DNA of 64,000 nt, from NCBI GenBank assembly GCA_016699445.1, contig CP064976.1, positions 1,897,125 to 1,961,124 of the forward strand, in the 5' to 3' direction. How positions within the stretch are numbered: position 1 is the stretch's first letter; each line of letters starts with the position of its first letter. Positions 40,175-50,016 of the stretch are shown piece by piece. Origin of the DNA: Deltaproteobacteria bacterium. Its GTDB lineage: Bacteria > UBA10199 > JACPAL01 > GCA-016699445. The position numbers were made by a program, and so were the translations under genes. A model generated the notes under the pieces. The model saw nothing but the letters and a program-made list of their open reading frames with translations. It did no database searches and was not told where the DNA came from.

Positions 40175-41368
40175 CTAAAAAACCCAGGTCCAAGGAAGGC
40201 AAAGAATTCCTGTCGAGCTGATGAATGGTTTGTGGGAATTCAGGAGTATTAAAGGTGTTGTGTTTTTGGAGTGTTTTCCAAACCATGAAAGACTTTTTAA
40301 GGCTTTGTTGGAGGGGAGGTTTTCTTCTTCGATCACGATCGCCAATCGTTCCCCGGATTTGGATTCGATTAGGAATGGGATATCGATTCCACCTCTTGTT
40401 TTATAAGGTTTCATTCCGACTTCATGTTTGAGTCCGTAGGAAACCTGAGCCCGTAATTCCAAGTAGCAGAGTTTCAACATTTCCCAGCGCGTAGTTTGAT
40501 TCGCGATATCTTTTTGGGGAGCTAAAAAATGAGAGAGTCCGCTGTCTTCAAGAAACCATGTGTCTCCATAGGGGCGAATCAAAAAGACACCTTCCATTAC
40601 ATCTAAAGCTGACTTCACGGTTGGAATGGAAGTGCCCACAATGCGTGCAAGCTCGGAGAAATTGATTGGCAGACCTTGTCTCTTGGCAATCTCTGTAAGG
40701 AGACTGATCAATTTTGAAACGCTGAGTTGAATTTTACGGATCAATTGAATGTCTCGCCCCAAAAGCGTCTCTAGATGTGAAGAATAAAAATCGAAGCGGA
40801 CGGATTCTTCTCTGCGAAAACAGATGCCCGGCAATCCGCCCGTTTTCTGATAATGATCTATTTTCTCTTCAGAAGCCCAACTTCTTTTCTTAAGGAGGTC
40901 GATGAGTTTCTCTTGAGGAGTTTTTTCGTGAAATAATTTTAAGAAGATTGAGAGTGGTTTATGATGACATTCCGCAAGAGTCATCGGGAAGAGTTCAAGT
41001 AAGACGATACGACCGGTCAGGGACTCGCGAATTTGTTGTCGGGATGAAAAGCGGACGGATCCGCTGAGGAGAAAACGTCCTGGTTTCTTAACGCGATCAA
41101 CCGAGAGCTTGAGCTGATCAAAAATAGGAGGGTATTTTTGGACTTCGTCGAGTCCAAGCGGGTTCGGTGCCAAGGAGAGAATTTCAGATCCTTCCCGTTC
41201 GAATCGACTGATAAGACCTTCATTGTCGAACGAGTAGTATTCTTTCGAAAACATTTTGAGAAGGGTAGACTTCCCAGTTTGCCTCATGCCTAATAATCCA
41301 ATGCAAGGTGCATAGGTTAGAGCCTTTTTAAGCCTTTGTTCGATGTGTCTGGACCGTAAATGAGCCAC
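40175..41368 (-). CDS. COG1373 family protein: AAA+ ATPase with C-terminal DUF4143, paralog 2
   Basis: Walker A GMRQTGKST plus the DUF4143 C-terminus (GGIDIPF.......IEE). It is divergent from polA. Confidence 0.8.
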   Translation of the reverse strand: MAHLRSRHIEQRLKKALTYAPCIGLLGMRQTGKSTLLKMFSKEYYSFDNEGLISRFEREGSEILSLAPNPLGLDEVQKYPPIFDQLKLSVDRVKKPGRFLLSGSVRFSSRQQIRESLTGRIVLLELFPMTLAECHHKPLSIFLKLFHEKTPQEKLIDLLKKRSWASEEKIDHYQKTGGLPGICFRREESVRFDFYSSHLETLLGRDIQLIRKIQLSVSKLISLLTEIAKRQGLPINFSELARIVGTSIPTVKSALDVMEGVFLIRPYGDTWFLEDSGLSHFLAPQKDIANQTTRWEMLKLCYLELRAQVSYGLKHEVGMKPYKTRGGIDIPFLIESKSGERLAIVIEEENLPSNKALKSLSWFGKHSKNTTPLILLNSHKPFISSTGILCLPWTWVF

Positions 41369-41499
41369 AACCTCATCTTGAGGATAAAAAACAATTATGT
41401 CAAAATTAAAACATACATTTAAATTTTACATAGTTGTTTGAAGCTTTTTTTATTGAATAATCGTTGCACGAGTTTTTACTTTTGGGGCATGTGTCATCG

Positions 41500-43728
41500 A
41501 TGTCTCACAAACGCCTCTATTTGGTTGATGCTTCAGGATATATCTTTCGCGCGTATTATGCCATTCGGCCTTTGAGTAACTCCAAAGGTCTTCCCACCAA
41601 TGCTTTGTTTGGTTTTACCAATATGATGGTGAAACTTTTAAAAGAGCATAAACCCGACTTGATTGGCGTTGTTTTTGACGTGGCTCGCAAGACGTTTCGG
41701 AATGAAAAATATCCTGAGTATAAGGCTAATCGCAGTGAGCCACCACCAGATCTTGTTCCGCAGTTTCCCTATTTTAGAAAAATTATTCAGGCGTTGAATC
41801 TTCCTGTTCTTGAGCTTCCTAATTATGAAGCGGATGACGTGATTGGGACGATCGCATCTCAATTTGAAAAGAAGGATTGGGAGACGGTTATTGTCACGGG
41901 CGACAAAGACATGATGCAGCTGGTGGACGATCATATTTTGATTTTTGATAGTATGAAAGAAAAGTGGATTCGTGAGCCGGAGGTTAAAGAGAAGTTTGGT
42001 GTTGGCCCAAAGCAAGTGACGGACATCTTGGCTCTCGCGGGAGATTCTTCCGACAATATTCCGGGAGTGCCTGGGATTGGTGATAAGACGGCGACAAAAT
42101 TAATCCAAGAATATGGATCTCTTGAAAATCTTTTGGTGCATGCAGGCGAGGTCAAGGGGAAGATGGGGGAGCAGTTGGTGGCGCATGCGGACCAAGCCCG
42201 TTTGTGTAAAGAGTTGGCCACGATCGTGACCAATGCACCGCTTTCATATGACTTGAAAGATTTTGAAATCAACCCTCCGGATCCTGAAAAAATGCGTGAA
42301 CTCTTTGAGGAGTTGGAGTTTAAGAAATTTTTGCTCGAATGGGTGCCTTCTACTGACGCAACACCAACGCCTACACAGAGTACGGTTGAACTGACCGAAG
42401 ACGTAAAGCTCGGACTTTACCTTTTAGATCCGGATGGATTTCGAAATGTAGAGCTTGTTCGGGATCATTATCTTTCCAATGCTACTTTGGAAGAACAATT
42501 AAAAAAAGAAAATCTCTGGGACTTGTATCAAGATCTCGAGCTGCCGCTTGCGACAGTTTTAAGGCGCGTTGAAAATAATGGTGTGTTGATTGATAGCGAA
42601 AGGCTCACCCAGACTTCAGCTCTTTATGAGAAAAAAATGGCTGAGATGGAGTCTCGTGTTTTTCAATTAGCAGGTCAGGAATTTAATCTCAATTCTCCTA
42701 AACAACTTTCCGAAATTCTTTTTGAAAAATTAAAGCTACCCGTCATGCGAAAGACCAAGACGGGCTATTCCACCGATGTGGATGTGTTGACTGAGCTTTC
42801 CAAAAAACATGATCTGCCAAAAATTATTTTGGAATATCGCAGCTTGGCAAAGCTTAAATCGACGTATTTAGATGCGCTGCCCAAGCTGGTGGATTCTGAA
42901 GGGCGCATTCATACCTCTTTTAATCAAACAGTAGCGGCCACGGGACGCTTATCGTCTACAGATCCCAACCTTCAAAATATTCCCATCCGCACAGAAGAAG
43001 GTCGGAAGATTCGAGAAGCTTTTATTGCAGCTCCTGGATGTGTCTTGTTGTCAGCGGATTATTCCCAAATAGAGCTTCGTATCCTCGCTCATTTGTCCGA
43101 TGAACCGGTGCTGATTCAGGCGTTTGCCGAAGATCGTGATATTCATCGGGCAACGGCAGCTCAAATTTTTGAAGTGATGGAGCCTTTGGTCACTTCTGAA
43201 ATGAGAGCGGTGGGGAAGACGGTTAATTTTGCTGTCCTTTATGGTCAGGGAGCTTTTAGTTTATCGCAAGAATTGGGGATCAGTAATGCCGAAGCGAATA
43301 AATACATTAAAAACTATTTTGCTCAATATCCCAAAGTGACAGCGTTGAGGGATCAGATTTTGAAGCAGGTTCGTGAAGAAAAAATAGTGCATACACTGTT
43401 TGGCCGCTTGAGACGTTTCCCGGATATTTTAAATCCCAATGCCACTGTCCGAGCTATGGTGGAGCGCACAGCTTTTAATACAGTTTTTCAAGGGACAGCC
43501 GCTGATTTGATTAAAAAGGCGATGCTGACAATAGATGCTCGGTTAAAAGATTTTCCAGAAACTAAGATGTTGATCCAGGTTCATGATGAGCTTGTTTTTG
43601 AAGTCCCCGAGGCCTTGATTGAGCCTGTTTCTAAAATGGTTTGTCATGAAATGAGCTCTGTGGCTTCCTTGAAAGTGCCCCTAAAAGTTGAAGTCGGTCA
43701 TGGCAAAAACTGGAATGAAGCTCATTAA
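41500..43728 (+). CDS. polA: DNA polymerase I without a 3'-5' proofreading domain (5'-nuclease plus polymerase, ~742 aa)
   Basis: 5'-3' exonuclease N-terminus (LYLVDASGYIFRAYYA). Pol motif A is DYSQIELRILAH, B is RAVGKTVNFAVLYG and C is QVHDELVFE. Only about 70 residues separate the 5'-nuclease from the polymerase, so the exonuclease domain is essentially absent. Confidence 0.9.
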   Translation: MSHKRLYLVDASGYIFRAYYAIRPLSNSKGLPTNALFGFTNMMVKLLKEHKPDLIGVVFDVARKTFRNEKYPEYKANRSEPPPDLVPQFPYFRKIIQALNLPVLELPNYEADDVIGTIASQFEKKDWETVIVTGDKDMMQLVDDHILIFDSMKEKWIREPEVKEKFGVGPKQVTDILALAGDSSDNIPGVPGIGDKTATKLIQEYGSLENLLVHAGEVKGKMGEQLVAHADQARLCKELATIVTNAPLSYDLKDFEINPPDPEKMRELFEELEFKKFLLEWVPSTDATPTPTQSTVELTEDVKLGLYLLDPDGFRNVELVRDHYLSNATLEEQLKKENLWDLYQDLELPLATVLRRVENNGVLIDSERLTQTSALYEKKMAEMESRVFQLAGQEFNLNSPKQLSEILFEKLKLPVMRKTKTGYSTDVDVLTELSKKHDLPKIILEYRSLAKLKSTYLDALPKLVDSEGRIHTSFNQTVAATGRLSSTDPNLQNIPIRTEEGRKIREAFIAAPGCVLLSADYSQIELRILAHLSDEPVLIQAFAEDRDIHRATAAQIFEVMEPLVTSEMRAVGKTVNFAVLYGQGAFSLSQELGISNAEANKYIKNYFAQYPKVTALRDQILKQVREEKIVHTLFGRLRRFPDILNPNATVRAMVERTAFNTVFQGTAADLIKKAMLTIDARLKDFPETKMLIQVHDELVFEVPEALIEPVSKMVCHEMSSVASLKVPLKVEVGHGKNWNEAH

Positions 43729-43816
43729 AATCTGATAATTATTCGTCAAAAATCATAAAAGATTCATATTTTTAGCTATTTACGTCTCTTGGCGTCATAC
43801 TATTAGATTGGCACTT

Positions 43817-43834
43817 TTGTCATATTTGTCATAT
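43817..43834. promoter_or_regulatory. tandem 9-bp direct repeat TTGTCATAT x2, 21 bp upstream of hnoX
   Basis: Perfect tandem duplication inside the 126-bp hnoX leader. Candidate regulator-binding site. Confidence 0.3.
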
Positions 43835-43854
43835 CATTAAACGTAGGAGGTATT

Positions 43855-44394
43855 ATGAAAGGTGTCATCTTCTCGATCTTTAATGAAATGATAGAAGAAA
43901 AGTTTGGTCTTGAGCTGTGGGATCGAATGATTGAGGAAACCAAGCCTGTTTCCAAAGGTATTTATACCTCAGCTCAAAGTTATCATGAGTCAGAGCTCTT
44001 TTCTTATGTAGGTCTTTTATCCAAAGAAACAGGAATCAGTGTGGAAGACCTCGTGCGTACTTTTGGACACTTTACTCTTATAAAATTATCCAAACTCTAC
44101 CCGGATTTTTTAGTAAAAGATTTTAAGGAGTTTTTGAAAACAATCGATAGCGTCATTCATGCAGAAGTGAAAAAAATTTACCCGGATGCAGGCCTTCCAT
44201 CATTTACTTATGAAGATCCAGCTCCTAATCAGTTGGTTATGATTTACAAATCTCCGCGGAAACTTTGTCACTTGGCTGAGGGTTTGATTGCGGGAGCTGC
44301 AGAACATTATCAGACCAAACATAAGCTGTCCCAAACCAAGTGTATGCATCTCAATGATCCTCATTGTCGTTTTGAATTAACGATAGGAGAATAA
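43855..44394 (+). CDS. hnoX: H-NOX (heme nitric oxide/oxygen-binding) domain protein
   Basis: MKGVIFSIFNEMIEEKFG N-terminus, proximal His region and the Y-x-S-x-R motif (IYKSPRKL). 179 aa standalone. Confidence 0.85.
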   Translation: MKGVIFSIFNEMIEEKFGLELWDRMIEETKPVSKGIYTSAQSYHESELFSYVGLLSKETGISVEDLVRTFGHFTLIKLSKLYPDFLVKDFKEFLKTIDSVIHAEVKKIYPDAGLPSFTYEDPAPNQLVMIYKSPRKLCHLAEGLIAGAAEHYQTKHKLSQTKCMHLNDPHCRFELTIGE

Positions 44395-44396
44395 TT

Positions 44397-45398
44397 GTGG
44401 AAGCTGAAGTCTTATCAAAAAATGAAGAACTACTGAAGCGGGCTCTATATCGAGAACGTCAGGCTCGATTTAAAGCTGAAGACATTCTCGAGAAGAAAAC
44501 TAAAGAGCTTTATGTGGTTGTGGAGCATCTCAAGAAGCAAATTACCGATCGTATCGAAGCAGAAAAAGTCATTAAGCGAAATCAAGCGCAGATGATTCAG
44601 TCTGAAAAAATGGCTGGTCTTGGGCAATTGGCTGCAGGTGTGGCTCATGAAATTAACAATCCTGTCGGATTTGTGACCAGTAATCTTCAAACATTAAAAA
44701 AGTATTCTCTATCGATCAAAAAAATGATTTCAGAATACGACTCTCTTGTAAGCTCTGTACAAAGTAAGGATATTGAAAAATCTGTCTCGTTTTTGACTGA
44801 ACTGGCAAAAACAAAAGAAAAAGAGGATATTGCTTATATCTTGGATGATTTGGACAATTTAGTGAAAGAGTCTATCGATGGAACCAATCGTGTAAAAGAA
44901 ATTGTTAAAGGTCTTAAGAGTTTTGCGCGATTAGATGAAGCTGAGATGAAAGAAGCGGATATCAACGAAGGTATCGAAAGTACTCTCAAGATTGTTTGGA
45001 ACGAAATTAAATATAAATGTGAAGTTATTAAAAAGCTCTCTCCTCTACCCATGATTGTTTGTTTCCCGGGTCAATTAAACCAGGTTTTTATGAATCTGAT
45101 TGTGAATGCTGCACAGGCTATTCAAGAAAAAGGAACTCTGACGATCGAAAGTTTTGTTGAAAAAGAAGATATTGTGATTCGTTTTACGGATACCGGGTCT
45201 GGTATCAAACCAGAGAATTTGGAAAAACTATTTAATCCATTTTTTACGACCAAGGCTGTTGGAAAAGGCACGGGCTTGGGGTTGTCAGTATCTTATGGAA
45301 TTATCAAAAAACATAAAGGTGACATTTTTGTGGAAAGCCAGGTGGGTGTCGGTACGACATTTACCATTAAGCTTCCAATGAAAGGAGCTGCTTTATGA
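44397..45398 (+). CDS. H-NOX-associated histidine kinase (HnoK-like)
   Basis: Coiled-coil N-terminus. H box AHEINNPVGF, N box NLIVNAAQA and G boxes DTGSGI, GTGLGLSVS. There is no TM or sensor domain. It starts 3 nt after hnoX. Confidence 0.85.
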   Translation: MEAEVLSKNEELLKRALYRERQARFKAEDILEKKTKELYVVVEHLKKQITDRIEAEKVIKRNQAQMIQSEKMAGLGQLAAGVAHEINNPVGFVTSNLQTLKKYSLSIKKMISEYDSLVSSVQSKDIEKSVSFLTELAKTKEKEDIAYILDDLDNLVKESIDGTNRVKEIVKGLKSFARLDEAEMKEADINEGIESTLKIVWNEIKYKCEVIKKLSPLPMIVCFPGQLNQVFMNLIVNAAQAIQEKGTLTIESFVEKEDIVIRFTDTGSGIKPENLEKLFNPFFTTKAVGKGTGLGLSVSYGIIKKHKGDIFVESQVGVGTTFTIKLPMKGAAL

Positions 45399-45820
45399 GT
45401 TACAAAATGCTTTGTGTTGATGATGAACCTGGAGTCTTACAGTCTCTGAAGCGGCTTTTTCGAAGAGAAGGTTATGAAATGTTTTTTGCCGGCAATGCTC
45501 ATGATGCTTTGGAAATTTTAAAAAAAGAAAACATTCATCTGATCATGACCGACTACCGCATGCCGGAAATGAATGGAGTCGAATTTCTAAAAAAATCAAT
45601 CGAGATTCATCCAGAATCTCTCAGGCTGATTTTGTCTGGTTATGCTGATGCCAAAGTCGTGTGTGATGCAATTGACCAAGGACAAGTTTATCGTTTTTTA
45701 ACTAAGCCCTGGAATGACGAGGAACTTCTGGAATCAATTCGACAATGTTTTGAGCACATCAAGATTGAGACTGAGAGGAATAGTTTGTTGCAGCAGGCAA
45801 AACAGGAAATAAAAGCCTAA
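45395..45820 (+). CDS. single-domain response regulator (REC only)
   Basis: VDDE...D..MPEMNG...K receiver motifs. The C-terminal YRFLTKPWNDEEL is shared with the next gene. ATGA-coupled to the kinase gene. Confidence 0.8.
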   Translation: MSYKMLCVDDEPGVLQSLKRLFRREGYEMFFAGNAHDALEILKKENIHLIMTDYRMPEMNGVEFLKKSIEIHPESLRLILSGYADAKVVCDAIDQGQVYRFLTKPWNDEELLESIRQCFEHIKIETERNSLLQQAKQEIKA

Positions 45821-45829
45821 GAGGTGTTT

Positions 45830-46978
45830 ATGCAAACGCATCGTCTTTTGTTAGTGGACGATGAATTGAGTATTCTCAATGCTCTTAAACGTCTACTGCG
45901 TCCCGAAAAGTATTAAATTGATTCAACAACATCACCTCAAGAAGCCCTCGCGTGGTTGAAAGATAAAAAATATACCCTGATTATTTCAGATCAGCGCATG
46001 CCGGATATGGAAGGGACTGTCTTTTTAGAAAAAGCACGACAGATCGCTCCTGATACTGTGCGTATTTTGCTGACAGGCTATGCCGATATGCAGGCTGCTA
46101 TTGATGCTATTAATCGTTGTGGCGTTTACCGCTTTTTGACCAAGCCCTGGAATGACGAAGAAATCAAAGTTACCTTGAAGCGAGCGATAGAATTTAGCGA
46201 GCTTGAAAAGGGTTTTGTGAGCACGGTGAGGCTTTTGTCTCAAATGGGTGAAATGCATAGCGCTCATATTGGGAACCATTCTAAACGTGTTGCCGACTTA
46301 TCCCGAAAAATAGCTCAAGAGTTAAAACTATCAGAAGATATGTGCTTTCAGATCGAAATGGCAGCCATGCTTCATGATATTGGTAAGATTGCAGTGCCTT
46401 CGTCTATCTTGGAAAAAGAAGAGTCAAAGCTAAACGATGTGGAGCTATCACAGTTGAAGAAACATGTTCTGCAGGGTGAGCTGATTGCTTTGATGATTCC
46501 CAATTTATCAGAAGCAGCACACATGATTCGTCATCATCATGAAAAGTTTGATGGAACAGGCTATCCTGACAAGTTGAGAACAGATGCGATTCCTCTGGGA
46601 AGTCGTATCATCACTATCGCCGATTCTTTTGATAAGTTGGTAAATCACAAAAATCATCATGAAGCCTTAAGCCCTGCAAAGGCTGTGGATTTTTTGATGG
46701 GCTCCAGAAAAGAATATTTTGATCCAGAGATTTTGAAAGTATTGAAGGGATATTTAAGTACTAAGACCTCAGAAATTCCACAAACTCATGAGGTCACTCT
46801 AGCTTTTGACAAACTTGAGTTAGGGATGGTCCTTTCTAAGGATATAAAAACCATCAATGATCTTTTGATTTTACCTCAAGGCACTTTATTAAATGAAAAA
46901 ACAATACTGCTGCTCAAAAAATATATCGAATCAGCACCTGTAGTAAAAGAGGTTTCGGTATTCAGGTCAGTCATCTAA
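45830..46978 (+). pseudogene. response regulator with HD-GYP phosphodiesterase domain (REC-HD-GYP), interrupted by an in-frame TAA in the REC domain
   Basis: The ATG at 45830 reads MQTHRLLLVDDELSILNALKRLLRPEKY-TAA(45914-45916)-IDSTTSPQEALAWLKDKKYTLIISDQRMPDMEG. The same frame continues into ORF 45956..46978, which has intact HD (LHDIGKIAVP) and HHEKFDGTGYPD motifs. Confidence 0.8.
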
Positions 46979-46981
46979 AAG

Positions 46982-48022
46982 TTAAGCGACTTTAAACGAG
47001 ATTTTTATGGAACCTATCGTGATTTCATCGCCTGGTTGAAGGGCGTATTCGGAGATTTTTTTGCCATTAACAAAAGTACCGTTGGAAGACTCCAAATCAA
47101 TGATCATATATTTGGCTCCCACAATTTGAATTTCAGCATGGCGTCTTGAGACCTTGGCCTCTTTGATGACAATGTCGTTTGCGGGTGAGCGTCCGATAAC
47201 AATAGTTTTATTGAGGTTTAGCTTTTGGATCTGATTTCCTTTTTCAAAAACAAGAAGCTCAGGAATATTGGCAGTAGGGGTTGTTTTTTGTGACTTGGAG
47301 ACGGACGGCTCTTCAATAGCTGTATCAGTAGTTTGTTTATTGAGATCAATGCGATCTGTGTGAGGTGTCAGCTGGCTCTTTTTTTGTGAGAGAGAAGGTG
47401 GTTCTTCTGTATTCAAGTTTGGAACCGCTTTGAGTGTCGGTTTCTTTTCAGGAAGTGGAGTGGGTTCAGAGGTGACGTCTGGAGGGAGTACTTCCTGAAA
47501 ATTGTTTTCGATGGTTTTGGGTGGTGATTTTTTAAGTGATTCGCCTGCAAAAATCTCTCGATGTCGATCGATAGCATCAGTCAAAAGATGTAAGGCTCTG
47601 TCTAATCGGGAAATCTCTTCTTCGTGTACGTGGTTGAGATCATCCATTTTTTCCTGGCTGATTTCTCCTAGTGTTGCTCGAAGTTGATTTTCTTCTTTAG
47701 ATTCCTGGTGAAGTTTAATTTGTTTTTCAATCAGTGCTTTTTTTTCCGAAAGACTTTTTTCTTCCTTGTCGAGATCGCGCTTGAGAGCCATCAGTCTTTG
47801 GGTGGTCTGATCAAGTTGGGTTGAGTAGTCTGTGTAGACTTTCATGTAAACCGTAGGGCTCACAGAGCTCTTGGTTTGTTCCAATTTTTCTAATCGCTCT
47901 TTGAGAAGCTGACGCTCACTTTTAATTTGGGAAGCTTCTTTGAGGAGGTTTTCATTGTAGGAAAATTTGATTTGTTCCTCAGCTAATCGGATTTCTGTTT
48001 TATCTAATTTTTCGGCTTCCAC
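46982..48022 (-). CDS. FHA domain protein with long N-terminal coiled coil
   Basis: C-terminal FHA: IVIGRSPANDIVI...VSRRHAEI...IDLESSNGTFVNGKKI. GTG start. Confidence 0.75.
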   Translation of the reverse strand: MEAEKLDKTEIRLAEEQIKFSYNENLLKEASQIKSERQLLKERLEKLEQTKSSVSPTVYMKVYTDYSTQLDQTTQRLMALKRDLDKEEKSLSEKKALIEKQIKLHQESKEENQLRATLGEISQEKMDDLNHVHEEEISRLDRALHLLTDAIDRHREIFAGESLKKSPPKTIENNFQEVLPPDVTSEPTPLPEKKPTLKAVPNLNTEEPPSLSQKKSQLTPHTDRIDLNKQTTDTAIEEPSVSKSQKTTPTANIPELLVFEKGNQIQKLNLNKTIVIGRSPANDIVIKEAKVSRRHAEIQIVGAKYMIIDLESSNGTFVNGKKISEYALQPGDEITIGSIKISFKVA

Positions 48023-48179
48023 GTTCTCTCCAACTTATTGATTCTTAAAAGTTAATTTTACTATCAAAGTCAATTTTTCACTTTGATCATGCAAGGATGC
48101 CAATTAATTAAATATAAGGCAAGAAAAATGGTGTGAAAAGTCCCCAGTGGGGAGTTTGGTCCCATCGCTCTTGATGGTC

Positions 48180-48779
48180 TTAAAATCCTGGGGGAAGAAG
48201 GAAAGTGGGGCCGAGACGAATGGAGAGAGTGTCTTGAAAATTACTCCCTGAGGGATTGGCAATTGATGTGAAATAGTTTCGGATTTCTACGCGTAAGGCA
48301 AACCAGTCGGCTTTTCTAAATCGGATTTTCATGCCGCCACCGATGTAGCCACCGCCTCGATTGGAGTCGTTGATGCGAATAATACCTCCACCAAGCGATG
48401 TGAAAAAATCAGCTTCCGTAAAACCTTTTCCACTGCGGTAAGCCGCGGGGACTGTAATGACAAAACCACCATCGATGAGATAGACATTTTTATCCTGAAA
48501 CGAAGCTCCTAAGTCACTCGTTGGATCCACTATCGCCCGGCTGTAGCCAAAGTCGGTGGAGAGGGCGAGTTTTTCGGTGAGATTCAATTGAAGATTGCCC
48601 CCTGCAATAAAAGAATGACCTGTCTTATCCCCAAAATAATCCCCTCCATAAGGAGAGAGTTCAAATCGGTACATGCCGGATTGACGTCGGTCAAAATCCA
48701 GTGCATCGGGAAGGTCTTCTTGGGCCCATAATTTTGGAGTTGAGAGGAAAAGAAGTATCAAAATAAAAATATGTTTCAT
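48180..48779 (-). CDS. small outer-membrane beta-barrel family protein
   Basis: Signal peptide (LWA|QE), alternating amphipathic beta-strand pattern and a C-terminal aromatic residue (PPGF). Confidence 0.55.
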   Translation of the reverse strand: MKHIFILILLFLSTPKLWAQEDLPDALDFDRRQSGMYRFELSPYGGDYFGDKTGHSFIAGGNLQLNLTEKLALSTDFGYSRAIVDPTSDLGASFQDKNVYLIDGGFVITVPAAYRSGKGFTEADFFTSLGGGIIRINDSNRGGGYIGGGMKIRFRKADWFALRVEIRNYFTSIANPSGSNFQDTLSIRLGPTFLLPPGF

Positions 48780-48802
48780 TACAAGTCATCCTTTTGATTG
48801 TT

Positions 48803-49949
48803 TTATAATTCCTGAAAAAAGTTTTTCCATGGAAGAAATTCAATATTCTTTTCACGATAAGCATGCGTGGACTGGCAAATACAAATAGCTCGAGTGACCT
48901 GATGATCGTTTAGAAAAGACCTTAGGCCTTTAATATCTCTCATTGATGGGGTTGAGCTTGATTTAATTTCTATTGCCCACGTTTCATTTCCTTTTTCTAA
49001 AATTAAATCCACCTCCGCTCCATCTGAGGTTCTAAAAAAACTCATCGCGTATTGACGTTCTCGATAAGAGAGTAGTCGTCGGGTTTCAAGAATAACCCAA
49101 TGCTCAAAGGAGTCTCCATAAGAAGGTGAGGATGGGGTGGTATAGAATCTAAACGTCTTTGAAGAGTCGTGACGAGTCCTGTATCAAAAAATAAAATTTT
49201 GGATGTGAGACAATTTTTGTGCGCACGGATTTTGAATAAGGATCTAAATAAAACCCTAATAGGGTGTCTTGTAAAATTTGGAAGTATTCTTTAATAGTTG
49301 AAGCGTGAACTCCAACTTCGCGTGCGATATTGCTCCAGTTTAAGATGTGTCCATTTTCAAATCCAGCGAGTTCTAAAAATCGTGCAAAAGCTGGAATGTT
49401 ACGCGTAGAGGCTTCTTGTTGAATTTCTTCTCTGAGGTACGTTTCAACATAACTTCTTAATAATCCCTTTTTTTGAGAATCTTTGGGTTCAAGAATGATA
49501 GAAGGCAATGATCCATAGTGAAGTATATTTTCTCGAGAAAATTTTTCCTGAAGTTCTTCATGGGTAAGAGGAAATAGATGATAGGTTAAGGCTCGTCCCC
49601 CTAAAAGATTGACTCCTTTTTGACGTAGCTTTCTGGCGCTGGAGCCCGTGAGTATAAATTGGACTTTACAGTCTTCAATGAGGGCATGAATTTCATTGAG
49701 CATCTCAGAGCATTTTTGAATTTCATCAATAAAGACAATTATATGTTTTGATTGAGGAAGGGCTTCAACTTCCTTTCTGAGTAGAGAGGGATCTTTAGTG
49801 TATTTGATAAACTCTGATGTTCGGAGAAGGTTTATTTGAAGATCAGGTTTAAATAATGACCTGACTAAGCTTGTTTTTCCAGTTTGTCTGGGGCCAAATA
49901 AAAAAAGTGATTTATTACAATTAGTTAAGTCTAAACTTCGCTTAATCAT
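48803..49949 (-). pseudogene. COG1373 family protein (AAA+ ATPase with DUF4143), paralog 3, frameshifted
   Basis: 49149..49949 carries Walker A GPRQTGKTSL and Walker B VFIDEIQK. 48803..49045 carries the DUF4143 C-terminus (GAEVDLILE...AIEIK). The roughly 100 nt between them are in other frames. Confidence 0.7.
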
Positions 49950-49961
49950 AGCCAGATTTTA

Positions 49962-49997
49962 CCCGTAAAAATAAGGATGTAAACAGAAATTTACGGG
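49962..49997. promoter_or_regulatory. inverted repeat CCCGTAAA-N20-TTTACGGG between the aminotransferase gene and COG1373 paralog 3
   Basis: 8-bp perfect arms. Not followed by a U tract on the transcribed strand. It ends 13 nt upstream of the paralog-3 start. Confidence 0.3.
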
Positions 49998-50016
49998 ATA
50001 TTATTGGAATCTATTT

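Noticed and set aside
43800-43830. A TGGCAC motif upstream of hnoX as a sigma-54 promoter.
   Set aside because: The -12 GC element is absent at the required spacing; the sequence is TCATA. Only the tandem TTGTCATAT repeat is retained.
48140-48165. A CCCCAGTGGGG hairpin after the outer-membrane barrel gene as a terminator.
   Set aside because: The stem is only 4-5 bp with a 1-3 nt loop and a weak U tract. That is insufficient support.
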